From: Octopus bimaculoides
Taxonomy: Eukaryota
DNA: 32,807 nt
Assembly (NCBI RefSeq): GCF_001194135.2
Contig: NC_068983.1
Span: 77,976,291 to 78,009,097 of the forward strand
Direction: 5' to 3'
In this document: piece after piece, positions 1 through 11,695 of the stretch
How positions within the stretch are numbered: the first letter of the stretch is position 1
Layout of the letters: every line of letters begins with the position of its first letter
The notes under the pieces: model-generated
What the model was told of the DNA's origin: nothing
Seen by the model: only the letters and a program-made list of their open reading frames with translations
Databases searched by the model: none
Position numbers and translations under genes: made by a program

Positions 1-173
1 AAGTGGTTCAAAGATTTAGCATCTCTTTTCAGGCTTCCTATGCCCTATGCCCTTAATTATAACTGTATTTTGTATTATTATAAATTTCTATATATGAATT
101 CACCTTAATAACTCTATTTTATATGCTGGCCACCGATTAAATTTTTTACGATTTTATCCTCTATTATTATAAT

Positions 174-210
<37 letters not shown>

Positions 211-514
211 ATATGTACATATATACAATTGTTAAACAGGACGTCAAACATTAAGGCAAGGCAAACGTCTCACGTCAAACACAATATTATTATAGGAAGA
301 AATCCTATAAGAATATTGAATATGACTTGAGATGTTTGCCGTGCTTTAATGTTTGGTGTCCTATTTAACAATTATATGTCCACTGCATCGGAAATCTGCA
401 ATGGCTCCATAACTACCATCCCTGTTGTAACCTTGGAGTCCCAGTAATCCGTTGCAGCACTTACCTAGCGTTCCTAATCGTTTAGATCACCTGTGAACTA
501 AATCCCCATACTTC

Positions 515-520
<6 letters not shown>

Positions 521-587
<67 letters not shown>
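521..587. repeat. (TG)n microsatellite (another at about 180-206)
   Basis: Direct read. It produces the spurious MCVCVC ORF 521..823. Confidence 0.97.
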
Positions 588-591
<4 letters not shown>

Positions 592-1367
592 GGGAGAGAA
601 AGAATTTCATTCGCGTGCTAACCTTGGAGTTTATCTATTAAGCTCATCTAGATGTCCAGGCTATCAAACAGACAGTAATGAGGAGTTTGTTTTATCAACA
701 AATATCCACATAGTTTTTACAATTACAAACAAGAATAATAGAGTGAGCCAATTTACAATTAAATTATCTGAATTCGAGGTCATGAATATTGCTGTATTGT
801 ACAATAATATAAGCAAATATTGATTCTTGAGATGTCATTGACACGTACCGATTTCGACTCTTCAGAATCTGCCCTAGATATTTGAGTTATTAATGATTTA
901 TATTTATTTCGAGTTGGGCGTGTTTACATGCTTATATTTGTATATTACGAGCAAAACAGAACAAATAAAACCCTAGTTTGAAATTAAATGGTCAAGAAGA
1001 GTGAATCGAAACGAGAAGATAAAAAGTTTAAAATAAAAGCAGGAAATAGAAAAGCGGTTTTTCTTTTAGGCAATATAATTAAATATAGGATTGTCAACAG
1101 TTTCTACTTCAAAAAGTATTCTATAGAAATGTCCTTCGAATTGTTTTCAACGCTCTTGAATTATATTTATTCTACAAGCTATTTAGCTATTTAGGTGAGG
1201 AATCGTACACATACGTTTGTATTTGTATCACAGTAAAATCTTATTGAATGCTACATTTTAGTAATCAGCCTCATATTGGCAAACAGAATTAACTGAAAAA
1301 AAAAAGAAAATCAGTTCAAGGTAGTGTCTAAAACTGTTTTAGAAAATAATTCTGTATTTCTCCTTCC

Positions 1368-1500
1368 ATTGGCAGAGTTGTTAAATTGTCTAGTAAAATA
1401 CATTGCGCTTTTGTCAAAATTACCTCTACACTTTGGCTTCAAATCCTGCATAGGTTTGTTTTGCTTTCCATTTTTTCGGCTGTCAAGAAATAAAGTAAAA
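1368..1500 (+). mobile_element. Degenerate tRNA-derived SINE fragment
   Basis: ttggcagagttgtta ... ttcaaatcctgc ... tttgctttccattttttcgg: A-box/B-box-like spacing plus a body resembling a common octopus SINE as I recall it. Not database-checked. Confidence 0.35.
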
Positions 1501-2940
1501 TTTCACAGCTGGTGTCACCTTCTCTCCTCCAGCTAGATGTTGCCCTATGTCTCATGTCCTGGACGTTGCCCTATGTCAAGTATGCAAGAGCCCTTCGCCA
1601 CATATAAATTCTCAAAATTTTGTAGAAAAACTGAATCCAAATAGACTGAGGAGAGTTTACGTCAGCAACAATTTATCATTTCCTAATTCTCTTTACATAA
1701 ATTTCGAATCATTACTGTGTGTGGTACGAAACCCGAAACCCAGATCATTTATAAAGATTAGAGGTTTGTTATTTACTGTGATAGAAAATTTAGTATTGCT
1801 AAAGAAATTTTACTCAGCAGAGAATGTTGTGTAATATTATTCTCGAAGATCCCTTTTATTTGTTGTAGTTGCCATTTACTTTAAAATCCTAACTAAGCAT
1901 ATATTCTTCTTTATCTAGCAACACGGAAGAAAATACGAGAAAACAGCCTTCCACCTTTGAAGTGCGTTTAGTTCAAATGTATTTTGTACTTAATAAAAGA
2001 TCTCAGTTTCAAAGATCGTCAATTATCATGGTCTTCTCTTTCAAACTTTAACAATAGCTTGCCTTGTGGTTCCAGGTATTATGAAACAACATGCTTATAG
2101 CCCTAGGTGAATTGACTTCAAGATCTTAACTTTTACCTTAGAACTCATGCTAGGTTTGGATGTAATGGTGAGATAATTTTTTTAATATTAAAAGGTTTTT
2201 ATTTTTAACTAACAGAAGCTCGTGTTTGACCTTTTTATGAAGTCATCCCCTCTTTTCTTAATGATAAACATTCACGTAACAAATTATCGATTTTTTAAAA
2301 ACTTTTCCTGAAATCATGAAAGATATCAATGCCCTTTTCGAAAACAGCAAACTCTTTCAATGAATCTTAAGTCTACGTTAGGATTTTTTAGATATTTTTC
2401 TATTGTCTCCAAGTTGCATGCCGGGTGGATTCCTTGTTCGGCAGTTAAGTATCCTGCAACAGTAGGATATGGGATATGCTACTTTTCATTAGAAAAAGCA
2501 AAAAAGATTCCATCTGAATTGTAAAATTATCTCCTTGAATAGTTGATGTGGTATTTTGTATTTGTATTGATTTTTTAAATCGTAATATTGAAAGCAAAAT
2601 TATTGAACATACAAAAGCCTGAAAATATTAATAGTAAATAAAAAATATCCGTATCCATAAATTTTAGGCTTGATGTTCAGGGATTAGTTTTTTTCTATTA
2701 TTCAATAATTATGAGTCTAATGACTTCTCATTGTATCCTTCAACCGAATCCTGGGGACCTCTTTAGGCGACTGGCTAATACCTTCAGTTCAAAAAGACAC
2801 AGACATATATATGATGCAATTAATTTAATGAGATTAGCAGATAAACACAAACTGATGATGATTAGAATTAGCAGGCACTTAGTTATTTGTATTATTTAAA
2901 TATATGTTGTGTTTAAAATGAACCATGCTGATATCTATAT

Positions 2941-3020
2941 CGTTGTTGTTTTTAACCCGGTCAGCACCGATCAGGCCGAATTATGATAAAAATAATTCCA
3001 CTGTGGCCATCCAGTATTTC
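2941..3020 (-). mobile_element. 3' tail fragment of a (CAA)n-tailed retroposon family (relatives at 3660-3720, 21410-21650, 27600-27790)
   Basis: Starts gttgttgtt and shares degenerate blocks (gatc..cag..c.atg; ttcc.actgtgg.ca) with the reverse complement of 21590-21650 and with 27620-27680. Confidence 0.4.
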
Positions 3021-3099
3021 TTCGAATATGACATCCAAAGCATTTTCAGAATCCTTTTAAACTATTGGGTGTGAGTTGAAGATTTGGTTGCTATTTCTG

Positions 3100-3540
3100 G
3101 TAGGTTGGACAACCATAAAAATGCTACCCAATTATTTTGTGTCATTACTGATGCCATTTCAATCATAATTGGTCGAAAATTAGTGACAATTTCTAAATTA
3201 ATTAGCCTGGATTTTACAGGATGGGTGACGCCTGTTTATAGCAAAGTCTACAGGCATGGGTATGCTGAAGCTACCAGTAACCGAGCCTGTCCTAATTGCT
3301 CACAGGGAAAAACGAAAGTGCCCAGCATGCACTTATTCAGTGTTCGTGTATAACTGATTTATAGATTTATATTGAACAATTGTTACCACTTATATAACTG
3401 ATCCTATTACCAACCGAATCTCTGGAGAAGATTAACTTACCACCTTCCTTTAGGCAAGAAAGAACAAATTGTTTTCTTTCTGGTGGATCTCGCCCAGGAA
3501 TTTGTGCGTTGGCTGCACGTTGACTACATATACCACCCAC
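3100..3540 (+). mobile_element. Decayed L1/Tx1-clade non-LTR retrotransposon, 3' ORF2 zinc-knuckle (zf-RVT-like) region
   Basis: Across frameshifts reads DNF*K..LAW..PVYSKVYRHG..RACPNCSQGKNESAQHALIQCSCITDL*IYIEQLL..TESLEKINLPPSF..FLVDLAQEFVRW. The CxxC...HxxxxC motif is present. Paralogous to 20100-20640. Confidence 0.7.
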
Positions 3541-3596
3541 CAAGTTAAATGAGACAGTAGAAAGGGAAATACTATCCACCAATAAACTTTTTGTAA

Positions 3597-3680
3597 GGTT
3601 GTTGCTGCTGCTGCTGTTGTTGTTGTTGTTGTCGTCGTCGACGTCGTTTTCGTTGTCATTGTTGTTGATGATGATGTTCT
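3597..3680. repeat. Compound trinucleotide repeat (GTT/GCT/GTC/GAT)n
   Basis: Direct read. Explains the poly-N/poly-T stretches in ORFs 3367..3720 and 3450..3659. Confidence 0.9.
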
Positions 3681-4695
3681 TGTTGCGTAGTTCCAGATCG
3701 AACAGTCCTATGGCTCGCAAGTAGTTTAGTGAATGACACGATATACAGATCCATCATTCCACTTACAAATGTTTTACCAAGCTGAGGACTATACTGCAAA
3801 CACCTGCATGAAGTAATGATTTGCATATCATATCGTGAGAATCATATTGCAGGGTCGTCATGAGTCCACTTAAGTCCTCTGTATCCGGAGGTCCTGGTAG
3901 TGAACACAGCACAGGCGTGCATAGTTAACTGAGTTCAAACTGAGACAGCTGATGTAACTATTTCTATACATGTGTCCCTATACTTGGGGACACATATATA
4001 TAGAAATATAATGGAAAAGAAAGTGCTTAAAGGACAGGACGTTGGACGAATTGGAGGATCTGTGATAGTACTAAATATATCTTCACGTCATTCTGATTTC
4101 TTTACTGACTTTTATGCGTATTGCAAACATTAGCAAGAAATTGCATGTAACTACTAGTATCATTGTTTTCTAGATGCGTAGAATGACTGTGAAGTTTGAG
4201 AAGGATATTAGGTTACATTTGATGTCTTCTGATTGTATTGATTCAAAACAGTCTTTTTTTTAATTTGTGGATTTAATAGCTACTACTTTAAACTATGTTT
4301 GTCGAGTCAGATTTCAAAGTGATTTAAGGGTTTTAGTAACTGCTGTGTAGTCTCAAGAAAATGATGGGAGGAAGTGAGTGTGACTGTTATCGATGTATGC
4401 AAATGTCAAATTGTTTTGCCCATTTCACGCCTAATCAGATTGGAACGTCTGTTCTACATTTTTGTGGACTGAATGCATTTTACTAGTAGCGTTTGGACTA
4501 AATATGCGGTTGTTTACAAATCCTTTATTGTGTTATTTTGTTGTCATTAGTGTAAATAAAATTCTACAGATTAACTTCTGGAAACTTGCACTTTCTTTTA
4601 CACTCAATTTGATTTTCCCCAAATGAACCATTGATCAGAACTACCAATGCAAAAATAATTAATGATTGTATTATAAAGGAAAAGAATAAAATTTT

Positions 4696-6261
4696 GTAAT
4701 GAGAACCATGTATCTGGTGCGATGCAGCTAGTGCAGATACACTCGGTTTCAAACTTACCACCTTTAGCCGCAAGTATCCAGGTTGTATCACACCCAGTCC
4801 AATTCTTTTATGGGAAAATAAAGTTCCAGCATGGTTAAAACCTGATTCAACCAGGTATGAGGTAGGGAAGGCAAGCAAAAGTAATTTCAGATGTTTCCAC
4901 AGATTGGAGTAGGAATTCAATATATTCTGATGGTACCACAAACATTCTTTGCCATTCTGGCGACATCGCATTGTGACGTCATTGTCATTTTGTAATTCTA
5001 TCAATTCCTCCGTGACATCATCCTCGCAATCGACTGCATCCACCTCAAACGGATTGCTATACCAATTTGGAATATTCAGCGCAATAATATCTTGAAATCA
5101 CTCCACCACGTTATCGTGCAATGATTGTAAATAGTTGCGATATGTGGTTAAATCCTCATCATTCAATTCATCTTTCTAAGAATCAAGTTGTGGAAATTGA
5201 TGGAATTGATGTTTTGAAATGTTAGTCTTAAACAAAACCAATTTCGAAATGAAGGTAGTGATAAATGATTTACAATCAACGAGAGTTTTTCTGTTTCTTT
5301 GCAATAACTTATTCAAATAATTTAATTTTGTGAATATATCCCAAAGGAAAAAGATATCGTACCTTGCAACCGTAGATGAAGCGGATTGTGGAGCATTTTC
5401 AAAGAAAAAGATATAGAAAACAGTTCAACTAAACGTAAAACACAGTTTCTTTTGACATCATTCAATCTATTGTTCATATTTTTTGCCACTAAATCTTGCG
5501 ATGTGCCAAGCAATGAACAGTTAGTACCTGGTGGGAAATTTCACGATTTAGGAGAGGTGAGACACCTCTGTATCTTCATATCGTCGAAGGGGCTCCATCA
5601 GACGCACAGGCAAGAATATTACAGAGTGGGATATTATGTTCAAAAAGGAAAGACTTAAGAGTGCGAAAAATAGTTGATAGTTGCACCTTTTGAATCAAGC
5701 GGCAATTCCTCTGTCATCAGCATTTCCTCACAAGGAAATACCGAACACATACCATCATCAAACATTGTCGACAACAGCTGATTCATCCACTTGTATAAAA
5801 AATTCAGAACGCTGCTGAATACCAATGAGCTGATGTTTGACATCGTTGGCTATTTTATCGATGTGTCTAAAAATTGTATTATTATTAAGTGGCATCTTCT
5901 TCATAATCTTATCGAGTTTTTCGTGCATAATGGTTGTCAAAACCTCTTCGATAACTGGACCAAGTAATGTTTCTCCAATTGTGTGAGACTTCCCAGACTT
6001 AGCAACAAGCAATACAATGTTGTACGATGCAAACAACCCGTCATTCTCTTGTTTACTTGTTTCCTGGAGTGGCGTGATGAATGTAAAGTATGATAACAGC
6101 TTGTCCTTCTTGTCAGAACGCTTTGCATCAAAGTGATACTTCAAGCGTGTTTCATGGCAAAGAATGCATTTTGGTAACTGACAGTTCTGAGGAGAGGGAA
6201 TAAATCCAAACGATAAATATGTACTACTGTACTGTCAACAAATTTTCTTAACTGGAGGCAT
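4696..6261 (-). mobile_element. Decayed hAT DNA-transposon transposase, Buster/Charlie (ZBED5/SCAND3/FAM200-like) type
   Basis: From ATG at 6261: MPPVKKIC*QYSSTYLSFGFIPSP..C..C..; ASYNIVLLVAKSGKSHTIGETL; IQVDES (first catalytic D); ACASDGAP (second D); VHCLAHR (CxxH); FPTSYLVESGF (catalytic E, dimerisation domain); ends HQIHGSH. Multiple stops and frameshifts. TIRs not found. Confidence 0.9.
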
Positions 6262-6423
6262 CAGTTGAGATGTCTTAGAAAGTTAAAGTTCTAAGACATC
6301 TCAACGCTTCTAAAAGCAAACCTCGTTTGTTTGTTTACGTTTGTCGTAATCTGAATTTAACATATAGCGTCTCATAAAGTGAGATTTCTACACATCTTAA
6401 ATTTGCAGAGGACTTTGTTATGG

Positions 6424-6496
6424 GGGACTCTAGCTCAATCGGTCGAGCATCGTGACGCGTAATCACGGAGATGTGAGTTCGAGTCCACAGCTAACT
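6424..6496 (+). pseudogene. tRNA-Thr(CGT)-like pseudogene or tRNA-derived SINE head
   Basis: A box TAGCTCAATCGG; D-arm GCTC/GAGC; perfect anticodon stem CGTGA/TCACG with 7-nt loop CGCGTAA; B box GAGTTCGAGTCC. Position 33 is G rather than U, the T stem is imperfect and the acceptor stem does not pair. Confidence 0.7.
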
Positions 6497-7651
6497 ACCT
6501 ACACTTTTCCTGAAAAATAGGGGTAGCTTATCTTGTTCAGGCTATATTATTAGCATTATCATGCGATTGATAATTTTAAAATCACTTCTTTAACTTTTTA
6601 ATATATTTTTTATTATCATCGCTATATGTAACAAAATTATGAGTTAAGCTACTGATAAGTGGAGTCTGCTTGTGACCATATTTTTCTTCAAAACCGTTAT
6701 TTGCACCGTGCTAAATGCGATATGGAACGAATATTTGCATGTTCACTCTTTAGACGTCTGATTCTGTCTAGACGTATTAAGAATAAATATCAAAATTTGT
6801 TCCAGATCTGGTTTACACAGTGCAAATAACGATTTTTTTATCGATTGGTAGGTATAAGCACGGATCACCAATCAGGAAAAATTTGTTCGCTGAGTATATG
6901 GACAAAGCCACCAGTTTTCTGTAGGCTCAGAGTTGCGGCTGCTTCTGGCTGACGAGACACATTTCGAAACACCCATGTCCCAGAATGCCATTGACAATGT
7001 GCTGAATGTGTTGAGCACAATATCATCATAACAGTAAGAAGCTATTCCTCTATGTCGTACATAACAGAAACCAGCATATCTTGCGTCCGAATCTACCAAG
7101 ATGTGTTGAGAATAAATACGCAAATATTCATATTGTCTTAATAAATATAAAGACGACATGAACTACACAATCTCATACAAAACGTTAAGTAATAATTTCA
7201 ACTTTTTTATTTAGTTTCGTTCTTATTAACAACGCTGTTTCTGCATGATTTCATAAGTGCTATTTTCAATACAGTGTAAAGTTTAAATTCAATAAAATTG
7301 GTGGAAGTCTATAATAGAATTCTAAGTTGTTTTCTCGGCGACATTGCCGTAGCTAAAGCTAAATGATTCATTTGCCTTTCGTTTTTCAAGCAGAAAATGC
7401 TCCCACTTTATTCTTGGATGATAAGAAACGGTTCATGTAGAACAGCACTCAAATATTTAAAGCATAAATAAATAAACAGTGTAATAATTTATATTTGCAT
7501 AGTCAATCTTCGGATCTTTGCATCCCATGTCATGATAATTTATTTACTTAAAATAAAAATGTCTTTCAAAATGGAAGGAATGTCAAGCTATAATATTCTT
7601 CTATTCTATAAATATTATGGCCTTGGGTATAAGAAAAAATCAATGCAATTG

Positions 7652-7655
<4 letters not shown>

Positions 7656-7690
<35 letters not shown>
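7656..7690. repeat. (AT)n microsatellite
   Basis: Direct read. Confidence 0.95.
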
Positions 7691-7692
<2 letters not shown>

Positions 7693-8359
7693 TTCATTTA
7701 TCCTCGGGCATATTCCATAAACTTCGTTATTTTGGGGATCAGATGCTTTGCTACAGAACGACAAAGTGGTTAATCTCTAAAAATGTTATTTTCCTATCAG
7801 TTTATTACTCATCGATGCATGAGGAATGTTATTTCCTATATCCAGTTTAATAAAAATCATAAAAGGATATTTTTTTACTTTCCATAATGTTCACCTAGCT
7901 GAACTATTCAACATTGCGGCAAAGTGGACTGAGGTTATGAGATGGTCTAATAACAGCGAAATTCCAATAGATTCTTAACTTTTAGATATAGTGAAAATAA
8001 GGAGAAAAGAAGTGTTTGCTGTGTATTTAGAGGTGAGCTGAAAGAGATTTTCCAATTTGAAACATTTGCCCCAACTAGAAGGTGACAAGTTTCTAGCTAA
8101 TGCTATTAGGGATACATTTTCCTTAAGTCCTAAATAAAAACAAAATGGAAAATGATAGTGGAAAGAAGTAAAATATTGATCGATATAAGGAATTGCCGAA
8201 AAGAAAATGACTAAATGTGAGCAAAAAGACAAGAGCTTAGGTTTAGTTTAATACTGATATAAAGAGCAAACTCAACATAGATTACGTTTCATATTATTGT
8301 AGAGGATTGTATATTTATAAATCTTTTACATGGTAAATATAATAAATAATGCACGTGTA

Positions 8360-8585
8360 CACACCAAAATATACATACACATATATATATGCATACATAC
8401 AGAAATGTATATATACAGAAATGTATATATATATATATATATATATCGAAAGAGAGAGAGAGAGAGGGAGAGAGAGAGGGAGAGAGAGAGAGAGAGGGAG
8501 AGAGAGAGAGAGTGATACACATATATATATGTACACATAGAAATGTATGCATGTATACATACATAGATGTGCGTGTGCGTGTATG

Positions 8586-8641
<56 letters not shown>
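8360..8641. repeat. Compound (TA)n/(GA)n/(TA)n microsatellite block
   Basis: Direct read. Source of six spurious IYIY/ERER/SLSL ORFs. Confidence 0.95.
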
Positions 8642-8642
<1 letters not shown>

Positions 8643-8773
8643 TAAATGAATTAACTGGTGAATCGATAAGATTTTCACCGTAAAGTTGGTATTAAACATA
8701 TACACCAATGTGAAGCAGAAAGAGAAATAGGACCTGTGACAAGTCAAGCGATTCATTTATCGCTTACCGGGAT

Positions 8774-9410
8774 TACAGTATATAGGAAATGTGTTCCATG
8801 ACATACCGGTCTTCTAAAACCGGCGCCAACCAAGACGTGAAGCGTGCTTAAGGCTGCAATGTTTTGTGTGTATAACCTCGACCTTCCGTATAATATTAGC
8901 CGTATCACGTTAATCCATCTACAGTTGCTACAATGCACATGTTTAGTGCAATTGGCAATTTGTCGCAATTGTGCAACGAAGGGTTTGGAAGCGCAGCATA
9001 GTGTGAAATTTTGCTTCATATTAGTAGAAACTTTCACATGGTGAGATTTTTCCAATGCTGCAACAAAAATATGAGGAGAATTTAGGTAGCGTATACAATG
9101 TTATGAATGATAAAGACAATCGCCAAAAGCAGCTACTTATTAATAAAAACAGAGTTACACTCGGTCAAAAGTTGCTTGATCATTCGAAGGCTACTTTACG
9201 TGGAATGAGTGCTTCTATTTCAGATGATACGCTACAATGGTTTGCACATCGGTTGTGAGAGTTATATTTTGGCACTATTTCATATACAATATTTTATGTT
9301 TGGAGCTAATTTTCAAACCTGATTATTTACATTCTCTAATGCATTTCCAATTTTTTTTTTCACTTTGAAGTGGTGATAAATTGGGCACATGTAAATTTCA
9401 GTCTACTATA
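8774..9410 (+). mobile_element. Probable internally deleted Tc1/mariner relic
   Basis: 8985-9085 reads EAQHSVKFCFILVETFT..MLQQKYEE, matching the mariner N-terminal HTH pattern EQRxxIKFCxxLGKTxTET.xMLQxAYGE. Weak TIR-like ends: TAcagtatataggaaatgtgttcca versus the reverse complement of ttgggcacatgtaaatttcagtctactaTA. Confidence 0.45.
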
Positions 9411-10823
9411 TTCACGAAAGTTATCAACTTGCTTTCTTATTTAATTTGGATTTTTTTTTTCAATTAGCTTACAAGGTATCACAGCTTATTCATCCAAATA
9501 TATTTCACAATCGAATCACTCTAGAATATCTTCGCTATCATCTCCTCCATTCTTTTATGTTTGACGAACTATCGTTTATATTTTAGATATATATAGCACT
9601 CAATTACATTCAGCTAAGTATTGTATTTTATCATGGCATTGACTGATTTTAGTTGTTTACTTTAGAGATAAACAATAGTTTTGTGGCATTTTGAAGCGTT
9701 AATGATTTGTTATTTTCAAAATAGATTCCATCTGCAAAACACTTGGTACCAGTAATATTATTACAGATAACTATCCTCTTGTAGAAACAATGTAACTCCT
9801 TCTAATATCGTTTAGAAGTTTAGTTAATAGGGCAAAAGTTAAGCAGAAAAATATGGACGTGGGCAAATAGCTTAACATTTTATTGCGATTAATGTAGACG
9901 TATAATCTTTCCAGAACACTAAAATCTATGAAGAGATATTGAGGATGTGCTTTAGAATTTATGGAATCTTGCTAGTTTTTTTTCTTCTTTTCTTTAAATA
10001 ATGAAGATAGTTCTGAGTTTGTATTTTATTGTGTGTTCCACGCCTGAACCTCTTCTTTTCATCTGGCTTCAGTTGATTTAATTAGAAGAATTACGAAATT
10101 ACTTTCTTCCCTGTCCATCTTAGAGTATCATTGAGAGAGGAACTATAGAAATAAGTCCTCAATTTCTGGGAGCATATATGTACAGCGTGATATTAGTTTT
10201 GATATGACTTGTATTTAGCAATACAGCACCGGAGATGAATTGTATATCTTTATTAAACCTTTAACCAATGCGTATATGTCCTGAAAGTAAGTAGGTGTTT
10301 TATTAAACAGTTTTATATTGAATCTATTCCAAGTATCCGTTTTTCCTTATACCTTGCAGGACTTCCGTATCTTTCTTCTTGATGACTCATATTGCTTATT
10401 TGTTTAGATTATTTATCTTGTAGATTTCTATGACTATGGGATTACCATATTTCATTTATTATTATTGTTGTTGATTTGTGTTGTGAATTTAATTTGGTTT
10501 CTCTAGATGATTCTACTGCCAAAGCTAGATATTTTACTTATAGTGTGGATTACTTTGTAAATAAGAGGATTTTCATAATTTGCATTTATGTCAGAGTCTT
10601 TAGCCTTGCTATTGTTTCATAATTCTATTTCATTACAGTTATAGTTTTACTGTTACGTGAATTGGCATTAGGGTTATTTTTTTCAGTTTTGATTTATTTG
10701 AGTATCCTAGCTTCTACGGGATTACAGTTATTTGTATAAATACTGAGGGGGATAATTATATGATGACACTAGATTTAAAACCGCTGCCTATTTGCCATTG
10801 ATAGATTCACAAGGTTCTCTTAC

Positions 10824-11309
10824 CCTGAAGTAGCCATCTAAGTCACAAAACCACAAATGTTTATCTCTAAATAATTGCCATGAGGATTGACAGGCTTCTA
10901 TTGTAAGTATTGGAGGCACAATGGCCCAGTGGTTAGGGCAGTGGACTCGCGGTTTCGATTCCCAGACTGGGCGTTGTGAGTGTTTATTGAGCGAAAATAC
11001 CTAAAGCTCCACGAGGCTCCGGCAGGGGATGGTGGCGAACCCTGCTGAACTCTTTCACCACAACTTTCTCTCACTCTTTCTTCCTGTTTCTGTTGTACCT
11101 GTAATTCCAAGGGCCAGCCGTGTCACACTGTGTTACACTGAATATCCCCGAGAACTACGTTAAGGATACACGTTTCTATGGAGTGCTCAGCCACTGGCAC
11201 GTTAATTTCACGAGCAGGCTGTTCCGTTGATTGGATCAAATGGAACCCTCGATGTCGTAAGCGACGGAGTGCCAACAACAACAATTGTAAGTATTAAACA
11301 GTTGAAACT
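10824..11309 (-). pseudogene. Candidate 102-nt host exon split by the SINE
   Basis: Removing the SINE and one TSD gives tttacttttccatcacatag|102 nt|gtaaga, open in phase 0-0: SFNCLILTIEACQSSWQLFRDKHLWFCDLDGYFR. No homologue recognised. Confidence 0.3.
10912..11283 (+). mobile_element. Near full-length tRNA-derived SINE with (CAA)3 tail and 12-bp TSD
   Basis: Head GGAGGCACAATGGCCCAGTGG (A box) and GGTTTCGATTCC (B box); GC-richer than flanks; tail ..GTGCCAACAACAACA; identical ATTGTAAGTATT at 10900-10911 and 11284-11295. Confidence 0.9.
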
Positions 11310-11663
11310 CTATGTGATGGAAAAGTAAACATTCACAAAATTTGTTTTACTTTTACTGTATGTAGTCAGTAACCCTTCATGAGGTTAGCAAGTAAAATTC
11401 TCACAACCGCTCACATACATACAAGTATGTATCTGTGTGTGTGTTGGTGGGGTTTGTTGGTTGCTTGTGGGTGTGCATGCGATTTTTAAAGATATTGGAT
11501 CGAACAAAAAATTATTTTGTTCTGAATAAGTATTAGGATATATGTGTGTTATGTAGGTGTATTTGTGGATGCATATATATNNNNNNNNNNNNNNNNNNNN
11601 NNNNNNNNNNNNNNNNNNNNNNNNNNNNNNNNNNNNNNNNNNNNNNNNNNNNNNNNNNNNNNN

Positions 11664-11695
<32 letters not shown>

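Noticed and set aside
2400-2520. Possible exon (LHAGWIPCSAVK.. on plus or GYLTAEQGIHPAC.. on minus)
   Set aside because: Both strands give equally plausible peptides and neither has a convincing donor.
2690-2790. KVLASRLKR on the minus strand suggesting a LINE RT
   Set aside because: Too short, and flanking motifs are not convincing.
4600-4640. TGAACCATTG as the hAT terminal inverted repeat
   Set aside because: Wrong orientation for the left end and no matching partner or 8-bp TSD.
6921-7027. Exon-like segment tag|GSELRLLLADETHF..|gtaaga
   Set aside because: All frames contain a stop before the donor; cannot be supported as CDS.
521-8649. Track ORFs with CVCV, IYIY, ERER, SLSL or poly-N/T runs
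   Set aside because: Translations of microsatellites.
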